DNA of 62,827 nt, filler included. It is 14 parts of 14 records of this genome, joined end to end, with 100 filler letters (N's around TTAATTAATTAA, not from the genome) between each part and the next. Parts side by side here need not be neighbours in the genome. Positions count along the whole stretch, not along the records: positions 7,005 to 13,540 come from SRR15195285_6830; positions 13,641 to 17,781 come from SRR15195285_6832; positions 17,882 to 22,226 come from SRR15195285_6835; positions 22,327 to 26,629 come from SRR15195285_6843; 10 more parts are not named here. One strand, given 5' to 3'. A program made the translations under genes and the position numbers. The notes beneath the pieces are model-generated. The model saw only the letters and a program-made list of their open reading frames with translations. It did not search any database and had not been told where the DNA came from. The stretch's first letter is position 1, and each line of letters starts with the position of its first letter. Shown in pieces: positions 11,026 to 23,475 of this stretch.

Positions 11026-12255
11026 ATGCCCGCGCGAGTCCAGGTCCACTCGCTGCTGCTTCAGGTGCGCGTTCCATACAGTACGTGCACGGTGCTCGCG
11101 GAGTCTGCAGGGTGGCGCACTTTGACTCACGCTGCCTGGCGGAGCAGAGGTTGCACTTGAATCGGACCGACCAGCTGCTGTCCGTTCGAGCTCTGCAGGT
11201 TCGATGCACGCCTCGCAACGCCGTCGCCGCGCACGCGCCGGCGTTCGCGACCCACCTGACTTGTCTGGCACACGCAGGTTCTCCGGAGCCTGTTCGATGC
11301 ACTGGACATCCACGGAGAGGGCAGCCTGAACGACCTGCAGTTCCTGGCGCTGCTGAAGTGCGCGCCTCCTCGTTGCACGGAACGCCCATTTGTGGGGTCT
11401 CACTGCGCGTGGCCGGCGCTTCGCTCAGGACAATGACCAACCTGAAGGAAGCCCAGTGTTACCGGCTGTTCGACATGCTGGACCTTGACAAATCAGGTGC
11501 GACCTGGCCTTCAGTCTGCTGGCACCATTTCACGCGTGACTGATGCCCTGATGCTGGATCTGGGCGGGCAACACCGATGGCACTCTGCACTGGGAATCAT
11601 GCACACGGCAGGGCACATGGAGTTTGATGAGTTCTATGTCCTCATGTGCATCCTCATTGCAATCAAGGTATGCCACCGCCGCACCACTGCCGACCCGCCA
11701 CGAGCCACGGAGCACAATCTCAATGACAAGTCTGGCTTACGCGCACCCCTTGGGCACGTACAGGACCACCGCGAGAAAGAATTTCTGTTCAAACATTCTC
11801 ACGTAAGCGTGCGTGCAGAGCGATCTGTAGTTGCCGATACCTGCCGTCGCACCAGACCGTTCGCAAGGTCGCTTCCAGCTGAGGGTCGCGTGTTGTGTCG
11901 TGCTGGTGCGGGGGGACAGACGTGCTTCAATCTCATCGATATAGACGGAAGCGGGAGCATCACATTGGCGGAGTTCCAGAAGTTCGGCTTCATCTTCAAC
12001 ATCTCAACGAAGGCATGCCAAGCTGCCTTCCGCGAGTTTGACGTCGACAACAGCAAGGAACTAGACTATACTGAGTTCCGAATGTTTTGCCTGGTCTGCC
12101 TTGACAAGCAGCGGTCCCTCGAGGAAAAGCAGGCGCGGGTGGCAGGAATGAAGATAAGCAGCGCCGCGGCCCGGCAGGTTGAGCGTCTGCTGACAGGGTG
12201 CTGCCGCGGCCGTGGACGTTCAGGGAGCGCAGCGGCGGTAAACACGGGTGGCTGA
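11026..12255 (+). CDS. EFCAB9: EF-hand calcium-binding protein, EFCAB9-like; 7 exons
   Basis: GT-AG splicing gives MPARVQVHSLLLQ-RLHLNRTDQLLSVRALQ-VLRSLFDALDIHGEGSLNDLQFLALLK-TMTNLKEAQCYRLFDMLDLDKS-GHMEFDEFYVLMCILIAIK-DHREKEFLFKHSH-TCFNLIDIDGSG...FIFNI...FREFDVDNSKELDYTEF, colinear with the remembered EFCAB9 pattern. Confidence 0.75.
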
Positions 12256-12463
12256 GCCTGCACGCGTTGGTGTAGCAAATGCTTGGTAGAGCGAGCGCAG
12301 GCACTGAATGCAATATCACCGTCTGTCAGCGCCGCAAATGAGGCCGGTCTGCTACAGCTGGCACACGTCCCGGTACAAGTCATTTGCCATCGAGGACAGA
12401 GAAGCGCCTAGGGCAGCAGCAAAGAGATAGCGAAGGAACATTGTGGTTATTCATGCGCTGGAC

Positions 12464-13292
12464 CTACCCCAGCCACCGCTGGAACTGCATCCGCACTCGA
12501 TCTGCAACAGCACCGACATTGTCTAATGCTGGGCGCACATCCAGGTGCATGCCAATGGCTGCGGTTTGGCCGTCCCCTGGTGCATTGTAGAAGTCAATGA
12601 CGTATCGCACCTGCTCCCCACACCTGCGCCAACCCGACGAGAACGTGTACGGTAAGCATGTCGGGTGGAGTGAGACAGGCGCGCGGGCAGCTGCGGGCGC
12701 ACCGGTCGACGGTCCAGTCATGCCGGTCGAAAGGCAGGGCGTAGCCAAGCCAGCTTTTAAGCCGCGCCCTGGGAGTGAGATCTTTCGGCCGCCCCTCGAA
12801 CTTCAGCAGCTTCGGCTGGCCGCACCTTGATTTGTGCATGTTCTCCCAGTCAAGCACCTCGGACCAGGCCCGTTCATTCACCGCGTTGTGGATCGCTACG
12901 ACCATGCTCATGTCCTGCTCACTCGGCTGGTAGCCCTTCCGCCGCATCGCGTTGAAGAACATCTGCGGCGATGGGTACTCCCAGAGCTGCTTCTCGTCGT
13001 CCTGGTGGTCCGGGTTGTAGTCGCTCTTCGGGATGGTCGATACTTGCCGCGCCGTGTCCAGTGGCATCTGCTGCATCGGCGCTGGCAGGTTGCGCTCACC
13101 GCCCGCCTTCATCATGTTCCCCAGGTCCACGCCCCCCGCAGCAGCCCCGCCGCCCCCACTGCGTACCGGGCACGCGCTCGCGGCCGCAGGCGGCGCCTCG
13201 CCGCCGCCGCCGCCGCCGCCCAGCCACGCTCCCCCGTGCTTCACAGGACAGCTGGATGGCGGAGCAGCATCTGACGCCTTGGCAGCCTCCAT
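12464..13292 (-). CDS. HCCS: Holocytochrome c synthase (cytochrome c heme lyase), one intron near the 3' end
   Basis: Two CPV heme motifs, WEYPSPQMFFNAMRRKG, IHNAVNERAW, PFDRHDWTVDRC, VRYVIDFY, LDVRPALD. Confidence 0.95.
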
Positions 13293-13640
13293 CGTCTTGA
13301 ACTCACCAGCGACAACAACAGTGCGCCCCGCCCTGACCGTCTATACGCTGCTGCTACTGCTGGTGGTGGTGCTGCTGTGGCCACCGAACGCGACCAGCGC
13401 CTGGCTGCAGCACGGCAGCAAGCGGCTCCAGCTTGCCGATCGTGAGCGGCCAGCTGCGCCCGCCGTGCGCCGGCCGGCGGGTCTTCCTGCTTCCGGACGA
13501 GCGGTCAGGCCTTGTATCATATTGTGATGTGACAGTTTCANNNNNNNNNNNNNNNNNNNNNNNNNNNNNNNNNNNNNNNNNNNNTTAATTAATTAANNNN
13601 NNNNNNNNNNNNNNNNNNNNNNNNNNNNNNNNNNNNNNNN

Positions 13641-15346
13641 CCGAGCCCGAGCCCGAGCCCGAGTCCGAACCAGAGCAGCTGCAGCCGACAAGTCCAGAAG
13701 CAGGGAAGCAGAGGGAGTTGCAGCAAGCCATGGGTGACTGGTCAGAAAAAGTCACCTCGGACTGGGTGATCAATGCGCTGTCGGGCATTAGCACTGACGA
13801 ACAAAAAGCAGCTCTGAGGATAGTGATCGAGACCGAAGAGCTCGACGGCGCGGAGCTTGTAGGCATGACGCCGAAGCGCCTGCAACGTCTACTCAACGCT
13901 GCCGGTTTAATCGATCCGGCAGGCACCACGCAAGCTGTACTGTCGCTGCGAGACCAGGTGCTTGCAGATCAGCGTGGCAGTGACAGTACAGGCGGTGACA
14001 GTGCTAGCGTTGCAGCAGCTGTCGAGGGCGAGGTGCGTGTGGGGCCGATAGTATACCACGAGTCAGAGGATGCCCTCGGGAGTGGTAGGTTTGGATTTGT
14101 GTTTGCATGCAAGGTGGCCGAGACCGGCGAGAGGTACGCGGTGAAGCAGATACCAAAGCTTCGATTCGAAGCAGAAGGTGGCAAGAAGGAGATCGATGCG
14201 CTCCTGCATGCGCAGTCCACGGACGAGAGTGGCCACAAGAATGTCATCCGCTACCTACAGCATATCTCCAACAAATCTTTTGTCTATATTGTGATGGAGC
14301 TGTGTGAAGAGACATTGGAGCAGCGGTTGCAACGGCGTGGCCTGCACGATCCAGAGACACGACGGACTGTCTGTCTACAATTCTGCGAAGGCCTGAATTA
14401 TCTGCACACACTCCCGGAAGCCATCACACACCGTGACCTGAAGCCCTCCAATCTACTGTTCAAAGGGGATGTCCTCAAGATAGCTGATATGGGACAGAGC
14501 CGGATCCTGGCCATAGGAGAGACTGCAGTGCCGACTGGCAGCCAAGGCGGGACCATGGGTTGGATGTCGCCCGAGGAGATCGCGTGGGACAACGGTGGCA
14601 GTGCGTGTGGAGTGCCGTTTGAGGCGCATCTCTCGGGAGATATTCACACCGCTGGCTCAATTATCTTCTATATTTTGTCAGATGGGTGTCACTGCTTTGG
14701 CTCGGTCGGCTACAAACAGCAGGCGGCGATCAGTGAGGATAGGCCCGTCTTTGACGCTCTTGCTGACGATTCAATTGCAATCGATCTCGTGGCACGAATG
14801 GTACGACATGAGCCCTCCAAACGGCTGACAATTGCCCAGGTCAAGCTCCACCCAATGTTTTGGTCTTGTGGCGAGCGCATTGAGAAGATTCGAGGCTGGA
14901 AGACCTCCTGGCGCCGTGGCCGTGATCTAGACCGCCGGCTGTCCAATCACCCAGGCAGCGTGCGGCACATTCTTGCAGACCGAGGAGCAAGAGGTGGAGC
15001 GGAACCTGGATGGCTCTCAGCGTTGGATACCTCGGTCGTGGCGCGACTCACCGCCAGGGAAGATAGTCGCTACGACGGCCGCGATGTGCTCGATCTGATC
15101 CGCGCCATACGCAACGTCTTTGAACACTGGTTTGAGCACACAGCGGCTGCCAACTCGTCTACGGCGCACGTGCTCGCCGTGGAGGGTTTAACAGGCTGGG
15201 ATGACGCAGAGATGCGCCGCGGGCACGCATCAGCGGACGCTCAATCGATGCGGGCGGCCGCTGTATGTCGGTACTTTCTATCCGAGGCGAAGTTTAGCAA
15301 GTTGCTCCTCGTGTTTGCGTTCCCGAAGGCGTGGGACTTAGGCTAA
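13641..15346 (+). CDS. SAM-like domain, IRE1/RNase L-type Ser/Thr kinase and KEN (HEPN) ribonuclease; 5' truncated
   Basis: Kinase motifs LGSGRFGFVF, YAVK, HRDLKPSNLL, KIADMGQS, GTMGWMSPE, HPMFWS; KEN motif DLIRAIRNVFEHW; N-terminal DWSEKVTSDWV...EELDGAELVGMTPKRLQRL (SAM-like). Confidence 0.8.
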
Positions 15347-15647
15347 TCTAGCGAATGGGGTTGATTCAAGTAGGCTGATTTGATTAAACGAGGCGACTGA
15401 GCCCTCGCGTGTCATGTACCAGACCCCACTCAGCATAATTAGGACACCCTTCTCTCTCTCGCGCTGGACCTGCGCGGCGCGCTCTTGACATTGGGCATAA
15501 GGCCCTTATGCCCAGTGTCACATGGGCGTCGTGGCGAATTGGATATGTTGTGAGACGAGGCCACGAGGGATGATTTTCAAGGGGCACACAAGGGTGCCCT
15601 GAGCCTAACACTGTTGCTAGATCTATCATCGCATTGTGCTGCCCATT

Positions 15648-17600
15648 CTACCCCTGGGTGCGGGCCATCATGGCTGCTCCTACGAGGCTGTTGATGTTAT
15701 GCAGTGCCTGCCTCATGCCACCAGTACTCTCGTCTGCGATCTTCTTGCTGAACTTAGTCACCTTCATCACGTTGCTGCCGGCGAGCAGCGCACGAGGGGG
15801 CGCCACAGCAGCCATTACGGCATCCACCGCTTCGTTCGTGTCCAGCTCCACTAGTGCCCAGGATGTGTTCGCGTTCACGTTCTTGTCGATCCGGTGCCGA
15901 AGGACCACCGCCTTGACCGTGCCGAAGAGACCAAATATCTCCGTCAGGGAGGCCTCGTTTTCGTAAGTGCCGACGCCTTCTTCCGTCCCGTCCCAGCCGT
16001 CGACACCGATCCCGCGCACGTGGATGCGATGCAGTTCAGGCTCAGAGGGTGCGGGTTCCATTGGCTTCTCTGCTGGCGGTGTGTACCAGGGCAGCTCCGG
16101 GTCAACTGCAAGGCCGAGTTTATCTGCGGTCCTGATAACCACCCCTGCGCAATCGAGCATTCCGACCGCTTTGACCAATCGGTCGAAGCAGGCGTCGCAC
16201 AGCACCCAGAGTGGATGGCCGTCAGGAAGGCTTTCGAGCAGCCCAGCAAAGGGTGCAGCGATGCCGCAGTAGAACATGGATTGAGTCATTGCGTAGTCCT
16301 CAATGAGCATGTCGTGCGTGTACTCCTTCGCAGCCTCGCAGTTGGCGTGCAGCGTCTCGATGTACATCCGGGTGATGTCGAACAGATGATCCATGTCCGG
16401 ACTAGCCAGCATCGAGCCTGTGAGCATCTGGCACATCTCGACGCCTGGCGGAGCGGCAGAGTAGGTCTGCCAATCGATGAACTTGAGCGCGGTGGCCTCG
16501 CCGTTCTTCCCCTTGCGGAAGATGTTGTCAGCACGCAAGTCGCCGTGGATCAGCGTGAACGGGCGCGAATCGAGGACCTTGTGGTACTCATCGCAAATGG
16601 CCTTGCCGTGCTTTTTCCACAGCGCGATCATCTTCTTGGTTTCGTCGGTGGGGAACATGTCGACGTGACCGCCCTGCATGGGCAGGTTCGGGTTGCCCGC
16701 AACAGGGTTCAGCTTAGAGATCAAGGTATCAACCAATTGAGGTGCGTCTGGCACAGTGCGGCCCCAGACTTCAAACCAGACAGCGGCGACCTCTGGCTTG
16801 CCAGAGCAAATCACTGGATGACTTAGGATGTCTGACTGCCAGTACTTGGCATGGAACTTGCCAACATACTCTGCCATCAACATGCAGTCATTCCACTTCA
16901 TACCCGTGATCTGGTCACACGTCTCAAAGCCACTGACGTTCAGGTCTTCCATGCCTATGCAGAAATACTCCTTCGGTTTCTCCGGATCAATGAAGACATC
17001 AATCACGTCCGGGATATCTAGGACGGATGCAACCTCCCTGGAAGAACGAGACAGGACGCGGAGTCGAAAGCACGCAGGGGTCAGGCGGTTGACACGCGGC
17101 GGCGCGTCGCGCGAGCATTTTTACCGGCACAGAGAGTGAACGATTGCGCACCCGTGTAGATTGGTGTAGAAGAACGTCTCCTTTTCGTACATGTTCGCAT
17201 CCAGGGCGAGCTGCCGGTTGCCCTCGAGGTCCTTGGAGTATTTGAGGACGATGCTTTCCGGACCGCTCGAACCAGCTGCGTACTCGAGGCCCACGATCGC
17301 TGCATCGCCAGTCACTCCGGCCTCGAGCTTGACCTTGATCACCATCTTTGACACAGTGGCCCGCAGCAGCGCCGATAACCAGTCGACCTCGATATCCTCC
17401 AGCTTTTTCGGGTACTTGGAGATCAGGAACGCCTTCTCCTCCTCGGTGCGCTTTGGAGTCGACGACGTGGGCGGGACCCCCTCCTCCGTCCCGTCCTCCG
17501 CGCTCAGCCCATTGCCAACCACGATCTTCCCGTCGACCGCGACTGTCACGTTCGTGGTGCCGTCGGCGGCTGTGACCGTGGTGATCACGGTGGTGCTCAT
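15648..17600 (-). CDS. Ecdysteroid/choline kinase-like (EcKL, APH fold) phosphotransferase with a C-terminal RRM-like domain; one intron (~17038-17151)
   Basis: PESIVLK...MYEKETFFY, MEDL, TLIHGDLRADNIF, FIDWQT; C-terminal RIHVRGI...EASLTEIFGLFGTVKAVVLR...WALVEL. Confidence 0.8.
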
Positions 17601-17881
17601 CGTGCTCTCCTTCCCCTGCAGCTCGGAGCCTCCCGAACGCACCCCGCGGCGCGGCACGATCTGGCACGCGAGCGCGAGCTGAGGTGCCCAGGTAGACGTG
17701 AAACTTGACTGAGATGAGCGTGTGTGAGACTACCGGTAGCCAGACTCCCCACTCAGGCAGCTGCAGACAAAGTTGCACTGANNNNNNNNNNNNNNNNNNN
17801 NNNNNNNNNNNNNNNNNNNNNNNNNTTAATTAATTAANNNNNNNNNNNNNNNNNNNNNNNNNNNNNNNNNNNNNNNNNNNN

Positions 17882-20800
17882 TGCTGCATATTGCGGTGTG
17901 CATACTCGCACGTCATCATAGCTTCGTTTTCTACGTTTTTGGCAAAGATCTCACTAAAGCTATTGGTGGGGCAGGCTTTCGCTGTCTTGGTCTCGGTACT
18001 CAACATTATTCACATTAATCTGCTCGGATATTCAAATGGCTTGTGCATTTTTTTGAACGGGTACCCCCTCTCTCAGCATCTTGTGGTTCTTTGATTGGCT
18101 CAGATCTTCGAGAGGACTGTGTAAAAGAATGTGAAGATATAGCCAAAAGACTGAAATTAGACGACAAAGCATTCTTCGCTGCAGGTGACATGCGTGTTGT
18201 TAAACAGACTGTTGATCGATTCCGCAGCAGTCGGTTAGATAGAGACGGCACGATTAGGTTCGGTGGAATGTTCACGTCAATACCGTTTTGGAATCTGGAA
18301 ACTGTGAGTTGCACTACTCGATTGGTGCCGGCGACCGTCGGAGATGATCTTTGAATGCACTCATCTATCCTATGCCCCTGGACACATGCAGTATGATTCT
18401 GAAGGCAAATATCCTGAGATGATGGAACATGCTCGGACTTTTTCTGCATACGTGGAGGAGCTACGCAAGTCTCTGGTGCGTCTGGAATTCGCACACTGCA
18501 GATGTGCTCAATGTTGAATTGCACATCTTGTCATAACGATTGCAAACCGAGAGCTTGCCACGTAAACCTTTGGAGCTGGTATTGCCTACGTGTCACATCC
18601 GTGTCCATCGCTGACTTGGTTTGTGCAGGCGAGTACTGTAGACTGCCTAGAGGATGGAGCGTGGATAATTGTGCATTGTGGGCAGATGCGGAACCATAAA
18701 CACCCCTCGGGTGGGCTTTGTGACATTCCTTTTGAAGTCAAGAAGATTCTAAGCGATATTCCAGGTGTCAAGTTGCAAGTAAGTAGCAAGTCGTTGCTCG
18801 CGACCAGTTGCTACTTACTGGTTGTATGATTGCAGTTTTGAAGAAGTTTGCCATATACATGCACGCAAGACCCCTGTGATTTTGTCTGCTGCCTGCCTTT
18901 GCAAGGATGAGATCGTTTGCTTGTCCTCATACGGTGCGGCAATGATGAGGGCGTGCAATACATTCCGCAACAAGACTCATTTGACAAATACGAACACAAG
19001 AATGGTCCGCCAATGCAGAGTTATATCCAAATGGATAGAGCGTAGCGCCAGTTTCTTTTTTCTATGCATGTGTCCCAGCTGCTGGTGCACGTGTGTACAG
19101 TCATCCATTGACATTCGTTGATGGCGAGCGCTCTCACATACGTGCCTGTGTAGGTTGTGGCATGGAAGGGGCGCGAGGGCGACATACCATGCGGTGAAAC
19201 CGAGTCAGCTAGCCTTTACGGCAGCATCCCACTCGTCGATAAAGATCAAGTGCCAATACGTTCTGATGTGAAGCCTTCCAGGCTTCACAGCAAGCGTGCA
19301 CGGAAAACGACGCAGACTTCAGTGTTGACTGGTCAGTCCGTCAAAATCATTTCCGGAAAACATTTTGGTAAGTGTGGCGAGGTCACCGCAAGCCACAATG
19401 GATTCTGGGTCGTCAAACTCGCCAATGGACCAACAGTCCACGTGCGCAGGGAGTGCGTTCACTTCGGATGGCTCCAACCGTGTCAACCATCATCCACGTT
19501 TCCTGAGGAACCGCTGTGGCTCACAAAAGCTAAAAACGTGGTTGACTGCGAACGTGATGGTGTGCAGCTGGTTTGAGCGCTCTGAGAGTCTTGGTGAGAC
19601 ATGGATCACTACTGGGTCTGATTTGGTTGGCCAGCGAGTAGTGCGCACGTTCCGTGGGAGATGCATTGCTGGCCAGGTTACAAAGTGGTTACCTCAAGGC
19701 AGCGGCGACGATGAACCCGCACTGTAAGTCAATTCTGACACACCTGAGAATATTTGTGTTGACTCTAGCTTGCGAGATCGGTAGCTCGACTAAGAGAAAT
19801 CTATTGGGTCAGGTATAAGGTGGTGCACGTTGATGGTGACCAGGAGGACCTGGAAGAGCGCGAGGTGCAGGAAGGCCGAGCGAACTTTCTGCATGAAATG
19901 GAAAGATTGAAGGAGACCCGGAGCATTAATCCAGCAGTGGTCGATCCAACTGCAGACGCCATGCAAGTGGAAAGCAGAAGTGCAGACGGTCGCAAGCGTA
20001 GGAAGCCAGAACGCTTCTTCGCTTGCCCTGCGTCTGGTAAGCGGTCTGCGACAGGATGGAATACAGACTTGAACGTCGTCAACTTTACAGATAGTGTACA
20101 CGAGGTGGAACGGCTGAAGCAAAAATACAGCTTGTTCTCTGGACGTAGACCAACAGGCCCCTGCGCCAGCAAGGCGAGCTGGTTGCGGGAGAAAGTGGCA
20201 ACCTTTGAACTTGAAATGTCAACTACACAGATGCGTTCGGGTGAAGATACCAAGAAAGCCAGTGCTGTGCACCAAAATGACACGAAGCAGCCTAAATCTC
20301 ATGGCGCTTCTCCTGCGACGGACAATCAACAAGGAATGGAGCTGACTTTGCACAATATCGAGCATTCGTTGGCATCAAAGGACCAACTGGAGCAACCTCC
20401 TGCTCTGGCCTCACAGATTGTGGGGCCGCGCAAAATTCAGACAGGCGACAAGATTCTCTGCAAGCTTCATCTGGACGACTGTGATCGTCAGTCTGATGAA
20501 AGAGAGCAATGGTTCATTGGCACAGTAAAGAAGACCGGGAAAGAAGACGTGTGCAGGCACCAATATACTCGTGCAATGCTTTGGTCGATGCACGCAATGC
20601 ATTGGCAAACTCATTCTTTTCCTGGTGCCTGTCGGTTTACAGGGTCCCAGTTGGTGGACGTTGAAGCTAACCGAAGGAATTGGTATTGATCGCTCAGAAA
20701 CACTCGAGATCCAGCTAAGCAAGAAAGGATTTCGGTGCGCGCTATGTAGCTAACTTTTACCGTGCACCTGCAGACAAATCGTGTAGCTGATGATGAGAGA

Positions 20801-21870
20801 TTGTGAAGAAAGTGTCTTACACAACATGGTCATGTGGTGCTGTCATTCATTGCGCTACGGTTGCTGCAGGGAACAGGCTTGGATGTTTGCAGAGCATTCG
20901 ACTCCAAACGAATCCATCAGAGCGCAGACGGCAGCAGAGGTAGCTACAATTGAGCAGGTCAAAGATGACGAGCTGGCTGGAAGAAATGTAGAGATAAAGT
21001 GGGAAGGCAACGATATGTGGTACCGCGGGCAGGTCTGTGCACAGAATCCAGATCGGCAAGGGAGACGTCTCGTGCAGTACATTCTCCGACCATGTTTTAC
21101 TTGCGACTCGCGCTGAGTGCTGAGTGCTGAGTGCTGAATGTTGAATTGTGAGATGCCATCGTTTGATGCATTCGAATATTCCCTTGTAGGTACTACGACG
21201 ATCGGTCGATGTATTTCGAAAAGCTCTCGGCCAGTGAGTGCGGTGCCGTCAGCGGGGGGTACCGCCTGCTACCCCGCGACACCTACATCCTCTCTACTGC
21301 AGACCTGGTAGCAGGGAATGTGGAGCCTCCTGACCCCAGAGCTGCAACTGCTGCTAGTCTGCGACTGCCTGCAACGAAAGACGGAAGAAAAACCAGCAAA
21401 AAAGCTCGCAAGAAGTGCGTGCAATGCTAAATCTACATCATTTGTCAGTTGAATGCGGTGCTGATGCTTTGGTTGTGACTTGGCACGTCGTAGTTGTCCA
21501 CAACATGAAAGAGACTGGCGGTCTGTCTCATCCACGATGACGCTCTTGGGTGATTCCTACTGCGAGTACAGCACTGACATCACTCATAGACTCCCGGAGT
21601 CCAGCGTTGGTAGCCATGATGCTCAAGTTGCTAGAATGTTGAATCGAGATTTAAGTCTTCACGAGATCCAGAGCACAGGTCCGATCGTTCGTTCTAGTCG
21701 GAGCACAGACTTGTTCAACCTAGGGATTTTCGCTGAGTTTTGACTGCGTGCGACTAGGTGTCGCTGTGTGCACGGCATGCTGGGCGCAGCACTTCGCCCC
21801 TAGACCGACCAACCCGCACGCGCCGTCTTTGTGCAAATTTTGCAAAGAAGAGATTAAGTTTCGGCTCTGA
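17882..21870 (+). CDS. Large multi-exon probable chromatin-associated protein (KOW, several Tudor-like modules, Cys-rich segments); partial, exon structure unresolved
   Basis: KOW GQSVKIISGKHFGKCGEV; Tudor-like LVGQRVVRTF...GQVTKW...YKVVHVDGDQEDLEEREV and LAGRNVEIKWEGNDMWYRGQV...YYDD; terminal CTAC...CKFC exon. May be more than one gene. Confidence 0.5.
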
Positions 21871-22326
21871 GAGAGCATGCTGGTGGTGCATAGCCGCTGA
21901 ACTGTCGATGGAGTGCAGCCGTGTCGCCAAGAATTGGCGCTGATTCAAGCCTGGTGCGTGTGCCGTGAGACCGTATGGGTGTAGCTATCGCAAGTGTGTG
22001 CTGTGTTCCATTTTCCTACAGCCGTGCATCATTGAGTACCAGCACTCTATCTTCGGGCAACAAACGCCCCATAATCTCATCGCCAGCTGGGGTCAGCATC
22101 AGCTCCAGCACACGCTCTGTGCTGGTGTCCTCAGCTGCGTCCCGCAAAGCAGATGAATTCGGGTCAGACTCCAGTCCAATTGCATCCAGCCGATGACGCA
22201 ACATGAGCCTGTGTAGCACCAGTGCGNNNNNNNNNNNNNNNNNNNNNNNNNNNNNNNNNNNNNNNNNNNNTTAATTAATTAANNNNNNNNNNNNNNNNNN
22301 NNNNNNNNNNNNNNNNNNNNNNNNNN

Positions 22327-22368
22327 CAGTCTGTATTGGAAAACACTACCATTCTGTACTGAGAATCG
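22327..22368 (+). repeat. Dispersed repeat, copy 1
   Basis: CAGTCTGTATTGGAAAACACTACCATTCT...ACTGAGAATCG; 28/29 identical to 26731-26759. Confidence 0.85.
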
Positions 22369-22503
22369 TCGACTTGGCGGCGCCGTTGGGGTACGGTACA
22401 TTATCGCCCTGGCGTTGGGAGTGGCTGCGGCTGGCCGTGCGTCCTGTGGGTCACGTTGGGGGCGCTGGGGCGCTGGGGCGCTGGGGCTGGACTGGCAACA
22501 GCC

Positions 22504-23382
22504 ATGGACGCGTCTGTGGAGGCTGGCGACGTGGGTGCGTCGGTGGAGGTCGCTGAGCCCAGCGAGCAGGCTGGCGGCGGCGGCGGCCAGGCGCGCGAGC
22601 CGCACGCCATGGTGGCGGCGCGGACGTATCTGCCGAAGGCGGCGCTGGAGTACACAGTGCACAAGCTTCCGGGGATGCTCACACGCACCCTCGCGGAGTG
22701 GGGCAAGACGACGATCGGTGCGGCGCTACAGGCGCGTGGCGTTGCGGAGGCTGACCTGCCAGAGCAGGTCAAGGCAATTGCGTCGCAGACTCTCGGTGAT
22801 AAGGCAGACACCACAGCCGCCTTCCGTGCGATCGCCGCTAGCGGCCCCGCTCACCGCTGTTGCTGTATGCTTGCAGCGATTCCTACATGGCAACCTTCGG
22901 AGCTTGACCTGACAGTCTTCCCGAGCGACGAGGTCAGCGCCGAACGAGACCGACTCTTCGTGCGGCTGCGCCGATTCGCGACGGCACTGCACGCCGAGCT
23001 CAGCGGCTTGGGACATTGGTTTGATGGGTCGTGCCCCGCGACAGGCTGCTGCCTATTTGGAGAGCGTGGCGGTTGTACCTGGAATGAGCTTGATGGTCTG
23101 ACCCAGCTGCTGCACTACAACCACCTGCCTGCTGGCTGCTGCGGAATTGTCCTGCATCCAGTGAGCCAGCACACCTTGTATCGAGTCCGCCGCCAACCAT
23201 CAACGCTGACCTGTGTGCTGGCCAACTGACAGGAGTGGCAAAAACGAGCATATCCCGTGACTTTGTTCACCGATGCGCCCCTGGAAGTACTCTTGGCCGC
23301 GCTGGCTAAGGTTGAGGCGGACTGGGTAGAGGCACAACAGTTCGTCACCGAGGAGCAGATGGGCCAAGGAAGCTGTTGCTGA
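22504..23382 (+). CDS. MMADHC: MMADHC/CblD-like cobalamin trafficking protein; intron 23161-23232
   Basis: LEYTVHKLP...PTWQPSELDL...ERDRLFVRL...GHWFDGSCPATG...GCCGIVLHP-EWQKRAYPVTLFTDAP. Confidence 0.8.
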
Positions 23383-23475
23383 TCGCTCACTCTCAACGCG
23401 AACGAGCACGGCTGCTGTGCTCTGAGCGTGGCGATAAGATCAACATTACCGAATAATTTATTAGTTTCATGGCTA

